Positions 1 through 11,990 of a stretch of 64,000 nucleotides of DNA are shown piece after piece (the stretch's first letter is position 1; every line of letters begins with the position of its first letter). The translations under genes were made by a program, and so were the position numbers. This DNA is from Podarcis gaigeae. Taxonomy: Eukaryota. The notes beneath the pieces were generated by a model. That model was not told where the DNA came from. It did not search any database and was given only the letters and a program-made list of their open reading frames with translations. The stretch lies in NCBI GenBank assembly GCA_964106915.2, contig OZ066924.1. The stretch is one strand, 5' to 3'.

Positions 1-69
1 GCTCCCTTTCCCCTGCCCTCGAGTGTGCCCAGAGGAGGGAAACCAGGATAGAACCAAGTTTTGTTCTAT

Positions 70-395
70 CTAGCTTAGAGAAGAGAAGGCAAAGGGGAGA
101 CACAATAGCAGTCTTAAAATATCAGAAGGGCTGCCTCGCAGAAGATGGCAGAGGCATGTTCTCTGTTGCTCCAGACGAGAACCAGTGCATAGAAGTTGGC
201 AGGGAAGCAGGTGCCAGCGCCAACACTAATAGCGGAAACTGCTTTAACAGTGGAACAGACTGGCTTTGGAGGGGTGGTGGTGCACTCTCCTTTGCTGGAG
301 GTGTTTAAGCAGAGGTCGAATGGCCATCTGCCAGGGATGCAGTAGCTGCATCCTATGTTGTGGATCCTGAATTGACCATGAAGTTGCACTGGATG
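70..395 (+). mobile_element. CR1 LINE, degenerate 3' end
   Basis: agcttagagaagagaagg...ggagacacaatagcagtct (SLEKRR..GD.IAV) and tctcctttgctggaggtgtttaagcagagg..gatggccatctg are typical CR1 ORF2 C-terminal/3'UTR sequence; frameshifted; boundaries approximate. Confidence 0.7.
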
Positions 396-425
396 GGGAG
401 CCTCCAGCCTGCAGGCCAGTCATGG

Positions 426-965
426 TGTCATAGGCTCGCTGGCTGCAGAGGAGTGGAAGGAGGCACCAGCTTTGGTGGTGGGATGACAATGAGGGAGCAG
501 ACTGGGAGGAGGAGGTGTCGGAAGCAGAAGAGGTAACAGGGTTTAGTGAGCAGGGAGAGGCTGTGGCAGAGAGCAGTTTAGACTCCCAGGCTGAAGCGGA
601 GGCTGGGAAGGGGTGGAGTCAGGCTGCTGAAGAATCCAAGGTGCGACCCCTAAAAAGACAGAAATGAAAAGAGCAGAACAGAGATTGGTTGTGCGCCAAC
701 ACATTTTACGATTGCTTGGAAAACAACCTCTAGAGGAGGAGCCTTAGAAAGGGGTGGGGTAGTGGGGACCTTCAGTCTTCATAACTGCCTCATTGCGGCA
801 AGTCCTATTGGGAAGTCCCTGGAATCACTAGGCCTGAGCTGTTTTGGATTCTTTGAGTAAATAGTTACCGTAACTTAGTTTTTTTAAAAAAATTTTTAAA
901 ATATTTTAATAAATAGTTAACCTTGTTTTTTATTGCTGACTTACGCTTGACTCAGGCTCCTGACA
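426..965 (+). mobile_element. Solo LTR (Gypsy-like), U3 with acidic/basic peptide remnant
   Basis: TGTCA (426) ... TGACA (965) termini; flanks catgg/cttgg (5-bp TSD, 1 mismatch); AATAAA at 908; 3' end gctcctgaca shared with the element at 39778. Confidence 0.7.
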
Positions 966-1159
966 CTTGGCGGCCCACCAGCCTTCCCCGTTTGGGGCTG
1001 CAAGGCCGTTTGGTGCCAAACATAGCCACTCACCCCTTCACAGGTGAAAGCTGGGCTTGCCCAAGGTCTGATCTGTGCAGCTCCCAAAGCACCCGGCAGC
1101 CAGCTGGTTGTTAGGAGCCTCGGAAGCACCACACAAAGCCGGAACCCAGTGGTAAGCAG

Positions 1160-1547
1160 GATCACAGCGGGTGGCGCTGTGGTCTAAACCACTGATCTTC
1201 TTGGGTTTGCCGATCGGAAGGTCAGTGGTTAGAATCCACACAACGGAGTGAGCTCCCGTTGCTCTGTCCCAGCTCCTGCCAACCTAGCAGTTCGAAAGCA
1301 CGCCAGTGCAAGTAAATTAATCACTGTGGCTGGAAGGTAAACGGCGTTTCCGTGTGCTCTGGTTTCCGTCATGGTGTTCTGTTGCGCCAGAAGCGGTTTA
1401 GTCTTGCTGGCCACATGACCTGGAAAGTTGTCTGTGGACAAATGCCGGTTCCCTTGGCCTGAAAGAGAGATGAGCGCCGCAACCCCATAGTCGCCTTCGA
1501 CTGGACTTAACTGTCCAGGGGTCCTTTACCTTTCTACCTTTACTTAC
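1160..1547 (+). mobile_element. Sauria SINE (Squam1)
   Basis: gcgggtggcgctgtggtctaaacc head, gtgagctcccgttgct core, ggggtcctttacctt(t) tail; near-identical to the copy at 26798. Confidence 0.9.
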
Positions 1548-2273
1548 TCTCCTTTCACCTCAGCTGAACTTGCTTAGCGCTGGGCCTTGCCTTATTTATC
1601 TTGTGCCCGTCAAGTGGTGGGAAGATGGAGGAAACAACTGCTTTGCCAGCCCTCTACTGGAAATTCCCATGCAAGGAATTTTGACAGGTGGGTGGCAGTG
1701 CTTACCTGTCAACTTTGGCCCACAGGGCTGATCCGTAGAGCCAAAAAGTTCTCCCATCCCAGTCCTGGACCTTGGAAGCGCCTTTCTAATCCTTTAATTC
1801 TTTGGCATCACCTGCAACACAAGATGAAAATAACTCATCCAGTGGCATCTACCCGCAAGCCAAGATGCAAATGTCTTTCTCACACAATTTATTTTTTACT
1901 ATTACTCCTGCATTTGTGTGCTGCTTTTCAACCATGTCCCCAAAGCGGCTTACAACATCTGTTCTGAAAAGCTAAGATGAAAGGCGCAGTTAATAAAACA
2001 CAGCACAAAAGACAAGGCGATTTCTAAAACGAGCATAGGTCCTTGTGGAGAGAGGCCTGGCAAAATAAAAATATTTCGCTGCTCCTGCATCTCTCTGGCA
2101 AGAGGGAATTTGACAAGCAAGCGATAGCACCTAAAGGTCCTGCAGTGGTGGTTGTGTATATCTCCTGATCTCAAATCATAACCATCGAGAGAGGTGTGCA
2201 CAAAAGATTTTATCCTGGGATACCAAAATTTAAGCTCCTTTTCTCAGCATACCTCCCACCTGTTCTAACACAG

Positions 2274-2459
2274 ATAAAATATCCAGGCGCTGATGCAGAT
2301 TCGACCTTGCCTGCACCGTCGTTTTGTCATCAGATCAGCGCAGATGAGTTTGAACACCAAAGAACAAATGGCTGCCAAGAGCCCTTGGTAGGTTTGTTGG
2401 AAGAAATTGCGATGAATCGGGAGATGTCCATTAGGGAGAAGAAGAAAAAGTTGAAGCAG
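2274..2459 (+). CDS. DEPDC1B: DEP domain-containing protein 1B, penultimate coding exon
   Basis: Acceptor ctaacacag| and donor CAG|gtaaaa; 186 nt, phase 0-0; encodes [62 protein letters not shown], matching the recalled DEPDC1B C-terminal region; splices in frame to 5648. Confidence 0.92.
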
Positions 2460-2954
2460 GTAAAATAAATGGTCAAAATTTATCTTTTAAAGCTTTCCTC
2501 TTCACATTGTTCCCCACCCCCCAAAAAAGGATTTTGATGTGATATTTACTCTTATCTATCATCTTCCGGTCTTCGTTTCTTCCCCTGTCCCTTCTATCTC
2601 TCGCCTTTGAATCTGCTTGTGTTGGTTCTGATCCTGTAAACTCACTGGAAGATTTTCATGGCAATGAGAACATCTGTAAATATTTGTGTGACAAGAGCAT
2701 ACGTATTGCATATGCAAATATTCTCACCAGTGCTACAGAAAAAAACACCTTGATGTTTGTAAAGGGAAACATTTACAAAGCAGGGGTGGTTTAGGGACCA
2801 GGGATCTCCACCCCTGCTCTCTTTACATGAGACCAGGATCCTGGTCCTGGGAGGTTTCCCAGTCATTTTTCAAGCACCTCACCCCCACAACAAACACAGC
2901 TCTGTATGTGTGTGGGCCCTGTACGGAATTTAGAATTGTTTTTAAAATCGCTTC

Positions 2955-3110
2955 TTTATTCCATTTATATCCCACCTTTTTCCTCCAAGGAGCTCAGGGT
3001 AGCATACATGCTTTCCACAACAACCCTCCGAGGTAGGATAGACTGTGACTGGCCCAAGGTCACCCAGTGAACTTTATGGCTGAATTGGAACTGGAGCTCT
3101 GGTCTTTCAG
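2955..3110 (-). mobile_element. MIR-like CORE SINE (old)
   Basis: cacaacaaccct..gaggtagg..gtgactggcccaaggtcacccagtga core; related copies at ~7360-7585, 34495-34710, 44381-44630, 61570-61700. Confidence 0.65.
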
Positions 3111-3717
3111 GCACGGACAGGAATTTTTCTGGCAGGAGAAGGCAGGCTAATTTCTCCCTCACACACAGATGAGAAGAATATGTACATTTTGTCTCATATC
3201 TCAGCTCTACAAGTGCCAGTTCTTCCGGTCTGGGTTTGCCTCCTCCCTTTTGGATGCTTATGCATTGCAGGGCTTGGACTAAGGCGATCAGCTATACAAT
3301 TCTGTGACTCTGTTCTCCCAGTCTGACACGCCTAAGTACTACACCATGCTGGTTCTAATTAATGCACGTAGTTTTGTATCCATAATTAAAATATATCATA
3401 AACAGGGCTATTAAAACAGTGTTACAGTTGCAACAACAGTAAAAGCAAGAGGTTCAATTCAGGAGACTAGGAGGAGGATAGGTATGTCTTCAAGAGTTGG
3501 TGGAATTTCAATACCAAAGTGGTGTGCTCTATTTTAGCAGGGAGAACATTTCACAACACTAGTGCCACCAACAGAAAAAAAAACCTGCTTCTGTGTCCTC
3601 ATAAGCCTGATAGCCTTCAGGATGTGGCAAAACCAACTGGGTTCCATTTGTTAACCATAATACCCTTTCTAGACATAATAGGCCTCCTGGTTCACATGAC
3701 AGTATGGGATGTCATTA

Positions 3718-4074
3718 CAGTGGTGCCCCGCAAGCCGAACGCCTCGCAAGATGGAAAACCCACTAGACGAAAGGGTTTTCCGTTTTGGAGGCGCTTTGCA
3801 AAACGAATTTCTCTATGGGGTTGCTTCGCAAGACAAAAAAATCTTGCGTCCCCCCCACAGGTTTTTTTTTGTTTTTTTCGCCCTTTTCTTAAGCCGCTAA
3901 GCCGCTTATCAGCTGATCCGCTGATAAGCCGCTTAACAGCTGATCGCTGGAAGCCGCTTGACAGCTGTAGCGCTAATCCGCTAAGCTGTCAATGGGCTTG
4001 CTTCGCAAGACGAAAAAACCGCTAGACGAAGAGAATCGTGGAACGAATTCTTTTCGTCTAGCGAGGCACCACTG
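3718..4074. mobile_element. Tc1/mariner (pogo/Tigger-like) MITE, young
   Basis: TA|cagtggtgccccgc ... gcgaggcaccactg|TA; TA TSD; CpG-rich; internal agccgct tandem repeats. Confidence 0.88.
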
Positions 4075-5647
4075 TATTGTAAGGTCCCTAAATATAGGCT
4101 TGCCTAGCAGAAATGTTATACCAATTTATGGTTTAAATGCAGTTTGTGTGGTGTTAAATAACACACCGTACTTTCATGGCTGAGACGTCATCAGTTACAA
4201 ACTTGAGGGTAGTGAAAATGTGGAACTTCTCCAGAATGAGGCAGTTTAAAAATGGTTTAATTCCCCTTTTAGGGCTCACAGCCCTCAGAAGGCAGCTTAC
4301 AGGACTTGAAAATACAGGTGAGAGCCAGAAAGGGTCCACCACCTTTTGTGTGGGACAAGGGTTAAGATTCCCCTCTGATAGTATTTTTCTTTTCTTATGC
4401 TTTTTCCTCTTTGTTTTCTTTCTTTCTTTTATATTTTAGTGTGTTTTGTTTTCTCTTCTGTTTTTATTTAGATTAGTTTGGCTTTTATTGTATTGTACGT
4501 TGAAAAGTTTCACATTGAATTTTTTTTAAAAAGAAAATACAGTTACAACACACACACACACACACACACACTGAGTACAAACTATTTAGCCAAATGCAGA
4601 CTTGTATAAACATGTTTTAAAGGTTGTTGGTTTGTTTTTTAAAAAAGAGACCAGCAATGGTGAGGCCACACACCTCCCTGGGGAAGGAGTTCAAAGGGTG
4701 TTGCCATTGAGAAATCCCTATAAGCTCTTGCTGGAGGCCCAGAGAGGAGGCTATCAGATGCTTGGGCCAGCTCATACAGGTGTATTGGTCCTTCAGATAA
4801 CATCCCCCAGATGTTATCACTTTAAAGTCAGCACTTTAAAATGGGGGGAAATGGGTGACCAAGTTAACCAGTACACAAGAGGTGAGAATAAGATAAGTAT
4901 GCCCAACTTTTGCAAAGGTTCCCACTACCACATTGCTCCGCAGTTTCAGTTTCCAAATCCTCTGCAAGAGAGCTTCAGGCACAGTATTACTGTAATCTAA
5001 GATGGATTTAACCAGGGGGTGGATCACAGTGGCTAGGACTGTTTTTCCGAAACTGGGCTGCACTACTGACCTAGCCCTTGCCAGTCAAAAGCACTCTTGG
5101 CAAGCAACGCCACCTGCAGCTCCCTTGTACCTATTCACAGACTGTAGTGTCACCCCATCATCATCAGATTCAAATCTCCATGCAGATTAGCAGATTTCCC
5201 CAGCTGCAGTACTTTCCTCTTATCTGGATACAGATCCAGCTTTTTGAGTCCTCTTTCATCTCAGTACTGCCCCCAGATGGCTCAAGGTCTCACCTGCCTC
5301 CCTAGAATTAAATGATGGAAGTTTAACTGCATGCCATCTGTATATTGATGAAGCCTCAGCCCAAACCTCTAAATGACTTCTCCCAGCAGCTTTCTGTAGA
5401 TGTTGAAAGGCACGAGGGGATGAGATGGGACCCCAGATGTTAGTGAGCAAAGAGTGGAACAAAAGTCTCCCAGCACAGCACTGTTATGCAGTTAAGTTCC
5501 TCTTCCATAATGTTTGGCAAGAGATGAACACATTCCCCCCCCCCCCCCTTGTAGTCAGAGACTGGACATGTTCTGCTTGAATAAGCAAGTCACTTTCAAA
5601 TGGCCCGAATAAATTCATTAGCTAATCTTTGCATGCTTCCTTTCTAG

Positions 5648-5809
5648 TTTCAGAAATCCTATCCTGAGGTGTACAAGGAGCGATTTCCTACTCCTGAAAG
5701 TGAAGCAGTTCTGTTTCCAGAAAAAAGCAAACAGAGACCATTGCTGTTGGGGTGGGCGTTTAAAAAGCCTTTCCAGCCTTTTCAAAGAACAAGAAGCTTA
5801 CGGATGTAA
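5648..5809 (+). CDS. DEPDC1B: DEP domain-containing protein 1B, last coding exon
   Basis: Branch-like gctaat at 5621, pyrimidine tract and ttctag| acceptor; encodes [53 protein letters not shown] (TAA 5807-5809), matching the recalled human C-terminus ...[15 protein letters not shown]. Confidence 0.94.
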   Translation, partial: FQKSYPEVYKERFPTPESEAVLFPEKSKQRPLLLGWAFKKPFQPFQRTRSLRM

Positions 5810-6532
5810 GACTCTGAATGAACTGCATCTCATTAATGACCAGGTTTGTGAATCTGGTACAGCTGGAATTTCGTTGACTACTGAAATCGCATTGAACGAG
5901 GGAAAAGAATTCTGGGCAGCAAACTGCTGTGCTGAGCCATTATCAGTATTTTCTTTTGTAAATCTACTCAGTTGGAGCCAGACTTAGCTATGCTTAAAGT
6001 CGACCCATGGAAAACAAGGGGACAAATTAGTCATGATTTCAATAGGCCTATGGTAATGACTAAAGTCTGGATCCAAGCCTTTGTGTGTGTTTCTTTTTGT
6101 AAACAATGAGCTGGTTTGATGTTCATATCTCAACAACATAAGATCGGAACAAGCTTTTTGGCTGTGCATGCTGTCCTTTTGCTTCTCCCTTCAAATGAGC
6201 TATAACCAAACAAGGAAACCTAAGTAACCATAGTTTTCCATTTTATCTGAAGCGAGGAGCTGTGGAACTTCGGAAGAGGCTGGGATCTTAAACTAGGGTT
6301 TGAAGTTTACTCAATATCCTGGCTATTTTCAAGGATGGTTAATTAAAGACTCCCTGCTTTAATGACACAAAGGGGGAAGAGTGAAGGGGTTGTGTTCATG
6401 GGATAAATGCTCATTTATATATTAGTTACTACTTGGAGTGAACTGGTTGACATGACACTAAGCCAAACCATGCCTCAGCATGAGCTCATGTGCCTGAGGG
6501 TTCCTGGAGAGAAAACTGACCACTGTCCTTCG

Positions 6533-6555
6533 CTGCTGCTGCTGCTGCTGCTGCT
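6533..6555. repeat. (CTG)n microsatellite in putative DEPDC1B 3'UTR
   Basis: About 7 CTG units seen directly. Confidence 0.85.
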
Positions 6556-6863
6556 CTGATCATGCCATGATTTAGTGTGTCATCTGAACCCAGGTTCATG
6601 GTTTGTCTCCTCTAGGCAAACTATGAGCTGGAAACTTAAGAAGAAGCATTGAGTGGTTTGCCTGGAGTGCAGTGGCAGCAATCTCTCTGGAAACCTTCGT
6701 GCTTATATATTTTGTGCTAAACTTTGGAAAGCCTTAAAAGAAGCCTAAACTACTGTGTATACTGTATAGGCAATGTTGAATTTCTGAAGGGTGTAAAGTA
6801 CTGTAATTACTTGAATGAACCTGAAACACTGGATAATTGTACTAGCTGTAGATCAGATAGTTA

Positions 6864-6869
6864 ATTAAA
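6864..6869 (+). terminator. Candidate proximal DEPDC1B poly(A) signal (ATTAAA)
   Basis: Several upstream TGTA elements (6760-6850) and downstream GT-rich gcttgtgttcttggt. Confidence 0.45.
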
Positions 6870-7470
6870 CTTTGTACTACTGATTTCAACAACATGCTTG
6901 TGTTCTTGGTCACAGGCATGATGAAGAACAGCCATTTCAGAAAGGGACCTTGAGGTGCAGGATCATGCCTTCATGTGCTCTGCATGTGATCTCGATTGTA
7001 GAGCTAGACCAACCATGGAGAAATATTTTAGTTGGGGGGGGGGGGGCACCGAGCGTTGTGGTGCCCCCTGCCTCTTGCTTGCGCAGCTACTGGTGTTTTT
7101 TTGCCACAGTCTGGAAAGTTTGCCTCCATCGCTTTCTACAGTTTTTGTCTCACGAACTGCTGCGTTATTTCTCGCCCATGTAGGGCTTGTGTGGGTGCTG
7201 TCCTTGGGGAGAAGATGGCCACACACTTGAAACAATCCTATTGCTACAGAGACACCCCTTCCAGTTTGTACCTTTTGTTGCAGAAAACCCAACAGGAGCA
7301 TATCATGACTGATGAATGGGATCCAGCTCCTCTAAGCTGGCATTCCTAACATAAAGACATGCAGTTTTTATCCTGCTTCCACACCGCCAAGGCGCTCAGG
7401 CCCACAAACTTGTGTCATCTCTCCCCCCCCCCCAACCCTTTATCATTGCAACAGCCCTGTGAGGTAGGTT

Positions 7471-7473
<3 letters not shown>

Positions 7474-7505
<32 letters not shown>
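7474..7505. repeat. (AG)n microsatellite inside a MIR-like SINE
   Basis: Seen directly. Confidence 0.9.
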
Positions 7506-7507
<2 letters not shown>

Positions 7508-7664
7508 ACACACGCAAGCAATAGGTCCAAGGTCACCTAATGAGTTTCATGGTTGAGCACTAACTTGAATGTGGATCCTTCAGCTCTGTCTCTGTGTGTT
7601 CATACTGTAAATGTAACACTTTTGAATGTACCCCAAGATGCTGCGCTTCTGGAACATTTCAAGC

Positions 7665-7670
7665 AATAAA
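7665..7670 (+). terminator. Candidate distal DEPDC1B poly(A) signal (AATAAA)
   Basis: Canonical AATAAA with upstream TGTA x3 (7606-7630) and downstream gggtttttgctt. Confidence 0.45.
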
Positions 7671-8408
7671 TCTTCCATGGTTTAAAGGGTTTTTGCTTCA
7701 GGCCTATTGTTATCTCACACTTCATGTGAGGGAGAATATCCTGTTGAACTTTATTGGCTTGCTTAGACAAAACTTGCAGCTGGTGCCCTTTGAGCTGAGC
7801 CATGCTTGCACTCCTAAGCACATATTCTGGAAATTAACTCTGTTGATTTACTTCCAGGTAAACTTAGCGCTGAGTTGCAATGGAGGCAGAGGAACCAACG
7901 TCATTTACAATATAGCAATTTTGTGAATAAGCTTTTTTTTTGAGAAACCCCTTGCTCGCTGGATAAGGGACTCAAAGCAGTTTCTTCAGCCTCTTTTCAG
8001 TGTGTCATTGTGTTCAGTAGCTCGAGGCGTGATACCAAAACATTACCCCCTACTCGGCACAAATCCCAACTTGATTTACTGACAAGAGGCACTACAAGAG
8101 GGCATGTGCTATTCCATTGAATATTTCTACCTGCTAGAAAACTGACCCACGGCAAAGATCTATTTTCACTTATTATTGGATGGTTTGCCCCTCTCTCCCA
8201 TTCCGCGGTAGGTCACTCACTTTTTCCTGAGAATGAGTCTTCCCTTTAAAGGTCTGTTGCAGGAAGTGAGGAACCTATGGTCCTCTAGATGTTGCTGGAC
8301 TCTCAAAATCCATCATCTCCAGCCAACACAGCCAATGGTCTGGGATGATAGAAGTTGGGAGTGCAACAGCGTCTGGAGAACCACAGGTTCCCTATCTACC
8401 ATCTAGTC

Positions 8409-8543
8409 CAGTGTCCCAAACTTGGGTCTCCAGCTGTTTTTTGACTACAGTTCCCATCATCCCCGACCAGTGGTCTTGCTAGCGAGGCATGATGGGAGTT
8501 GTAGTTCAAAAAGTAGCCGGAGACCCAAGTTTGGGAAACACTG
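8409..8543. mobile_element. Palindromic hAT MITE (135 bp)
   Basis: TIRs cagtgt(t)cccaaacttggg / cccaagtttgggaaacactg; perfect 8-bp TSD atctagtc (8401-8408, 8544-8551); an older related copy adjoins at ~8260-8398. Confidence 0.9.
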
Positions 8544-10533
8544 ATCTAGTCTATCCAGCAGTGGCTTAAGACTAGCAGAAAGGCCTTCTGCGAGGCAAAA
8601 GGGGTAGGGAGAAAGAGAAAAGGAGAGAGAGAAAAAATTTATTGTGGCACCTATAAGGCTAATAGATTTCTTGATGCAGCAGCTAGTTGTCAAAAGATTG
8701 GATCTGACAGCAAACAGGGCACAACCGGCCCTCTGGAATTTGTTTTGCTATGGGTATTAACTTCTGTATGAGAGAAACTAGTTTTCTGCTGGCCACTAGG
8801 CTTGTCAGGCTCTGCTCAAACCAGCACAAGGATGTTGGGACTGGCTGAAGCTCTAGAAGCACCCAATATGGTAGGAGGTAATATTGTAAGTCTCTTTGCG
8901 TCTGATGTTCTCTTCTGTTCCCCCACCATCTCCCTCTTTATAATCATTTTGTTTCCAGGTGTGCTAAATGCTGTCCTGGCATTTTTGGCGAACCTGGCGC
9001 TTAACGTCATCATGATCTATTGCAAAGGTCCATCGTTGGGTTACTTATAATGCTGATGTGTCAAGAAAATTATGTAAGCGGGAGCCGTCACATGGCACTT
9101 CCAGTTCATTGATTCAGGGAATAGTTGCTGGCCAGAGGCTCTCTTTACTTGATTAACCTCCTGTGTGATGTCAGTTTTCTTGTCCCATAATACGTTGGCT
9201 GTCAACCTGCATGATGGAACGAGGGAGGTTGCTTTTGAAGCTCAATCTCAAATATAGGTATGTATATTTTTGGTTTAATTTGAGGAGTTCTGTGCGGTGC
9301 ATGAAAACTTACGGTGCAATCAAAACTCTTTCCAGCAGAGGTCAGTCCTGTGGCAGCCCACAGTAGCAACTAAAGTAGAGATGTGCGTGCATAACCTCAA
9401 TGAAAGAGGTAGAAGCTACATACATAGTGGCATCGCTTAGCTTTCTGATGCCCGGAGCTACTAATATATTTGGTATTTAGAGACTGAAAGTGGAAAAAAA
9501 ATAAAGATATTCCTTGCCATTTGTTTAAGAGCGGTCACCCCTCATTATAACATTTCAGTTTATTTTTAACTTCTTATTTATGTATCACAGAAATAGTCCT
9601 ATGCTACAAAAAAGCTTTAATTTAAAATAACAAAATATTAACCAGCTGCATAATATGTTGTGCCTCAAAATGCAGCTGTGATTCCTGCATTGCAGAGGGT
9701 GGGGTTCGATGACCTTTGGGGTCCCTTCCAACTCTTGATGCTATGATGTTTAAAACGATAAATAGAAAAACAGGCTTTCAGGCATTTAAAATGTTATTTA
9801 TTTGCTTGCTTGCTTGCGTCCCTTTTATGTAAAGTGCTGAATGATTCTATACATGCTTACTGAGAAGTAAGCCTCACTGAGTTCAATAGGTGTTACTAGA
9901 GATAGAGGGGAAAGAAATATATGCCTATTTAGGTAGCAAAGATATGTACTGTAATGCAAATATGTAATGCATTAATAATCGGTAGACTTACAGATTTTAA
10001 CACAAACACACCACATTTTGTTTGTTGCCTCGTCTGCTTTGCGTTATTAGGGAAAATGCTACTTATAAGAAAACAATTCATTTATTTATTCCTGGCTGTT
10101 CCACGGATGCAATCAATTTTACGTTGGCCTTGTTGAGAACGCTGTCTCTTGGCCAGCCGTAAACAATGTTCTCAGGGAAGGTGGAAGGTGTTGCAATTTG
10201 TTTTGATGCTGAGTACACAAATACTTCCGTTGCTTGTCTTATTAGCACATACGCTCTCGACCTTGCCGTCCTTTCCTCCCGCTATACGGCTCATTAGGAT
10301 AAGAAGCTTTTTATCAAGTATCTACAGCATCATAAAAACAAGGTCATTGTGGAGATGACATCAATAGATAACAACACTCAGATGTAATTGACTCTCTCCA
10401 AGTTTTGAAGAGGAAATTGGTACAGGCCGATTTGGCGGCAGGGAAACTTCCTCGCATGAAGGTCTGTATCTGAGGTTTACCACCATCTGATTGCTGTGAT
10501 TATTAAAGTGGATTTTATTTCTTTTTTTGTTTA

Positions 10534-11146
10534 TGTCATGGAGGGGGTAGTTTGATCCTGAAGAGGACTGGGAAGAGCACAGTTAGCTGGAGCTGGGCAA
10601 CATCCTAGCGGAGATTGGGAAAGCAGCAGTGGGACATGACCAAGAAGGGTCAGGGAAGGAGCATGGAGGATGGAGGATGGTGAGTTAGTTCCTGGGGAGG
10701 GACCAAGCAGGTTGGCAGAGAAGCATTCTGCTCTAGTGACACGGGGCACAGCTAGTCAGATCCCTTCTGTCATAGAACCACCTCCAGCACACCCCCTTGG
10801 GAGGCGCTGAGATCGAATCTGACACCAAACAGGCATTGACTCCATCTCCACCTCCTAGGACACAGAGACACCAGAACTGACACAAACGGACCTTGCAAGC
10901 TCAGCCCAGATGTAGTTTCCGTTTGCTTGCCCTGTCTTGGGATTCTGGCTGGCATAAGGAAGGTGCAGGAAGCATGTTATTTGATGGATCAACACCTTAG
11001 CTTGCTCCCGGACGTGTATTCTCCTGCACTCCTGCTGTACCTTGTAATTGTGCCTTGCTTATGCACAGCTCTGATTTAAGCATTAAAGTCTTTGGCAGAA
11101 ACCTTTGGGAGTTTGAGTTCTTCATCTGGCAGTGAGGGCCAGGACA
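10534..11146 (+). mobile_element. Solo LTR-like element (old), peptide remnant in U3
   Basis: Starts TGTCATG, ends GGACA; ATTAAA near 11083, ~60 nt before the end; no clear TSD. Confidence 0.55.
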
Positions 11147-11990
11147 ATATTGATTGAATTTACATCCTTTGCTTCCTCCCACAAATCCAAGAGCTTTCCT
11201 GTCTTTCTAACAGCCCCACAGCTACAGATGAGCTGATCTTCCCTGTTTATTTTCTTTGTTGTTCCATGCATATTTTAATGGGGATTTATTGTATTTTAAT
11301 TGTAAGCTGCTGAGGAAATGTGGGGAACTGAATTTAAAATGGAACAGGATGTTCCATCCCATCCTACACCTTGTGTTGAAGGGGGAAATAGTAACAGGGA
11401 CAGAGGCTGTCTGGTACAAGGATCTCATGATTACAGTCAGAATATTTATGAATTGTGCATTCCATCAACGTTTCTTAAGTCCTTACTTATGAGCAGGAAA
11501 GGACATCCCTCATCATTCAAAACTGTTCATTGCTCAGACTTACTGACAGTTTGCTTTTGATCACTGCTATTAGCCATTCACTTTACATACAAGAAACCAT
11601 TTGGAATTCAGCTCTTGAATAATTTGCTGCAGCAACCGGGCTTTGGGACGATTACAAAGAAAATGGTTTGAGAATTGGAGCCTTACGACCTGCCTTATGT
11701 GCATTTATTCAAGAGCATGCCCTACTGTTTTCATTGCGATTGCAGTCCTAGGATGACCTGGGTGAGTCCCATCGAAACAAATTGACACTATGTGACATTG
11801 ATCACTGGTTGGTTATGATCTTGGAGTATCGATTTTCTCATGGAGTGTGATGGAAGTTTGAATCCAGATAAGTACAAAATGTTGAAAATGGTTCTCCCTT
11901 TTCGTATATCTAGATTGTGTGGGGTGGAGTGGGGATGGATGTGGGTGGGCCTCTTCAGATGCAGCAGTTTATTCCCATAGGCTGACTTCT

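Noticed and set aside
3885-3990. Short interspaced repeats resembling a CRISPR array (also 21119-21215)
   Set aside because: Eukaryotic DNA; the repeats are internal to MITEs, with no unique spacers and no cas genes
4147-4932. Possible solo LTR (tgtggt...accaca) with a T-rich L1-like insert
   Set aside because: No TSD and boundaries are ambiguous
9845-9900. Recurrent short motif catg.ttactcagaagtaag.ccca.tga.ttcaat (also ~11700, 29210, 48475, 48885, 63465) as a regulatory element
   Set aside because: Most simply remnants of an old short palindromic repeat family; too degenerate to delimit
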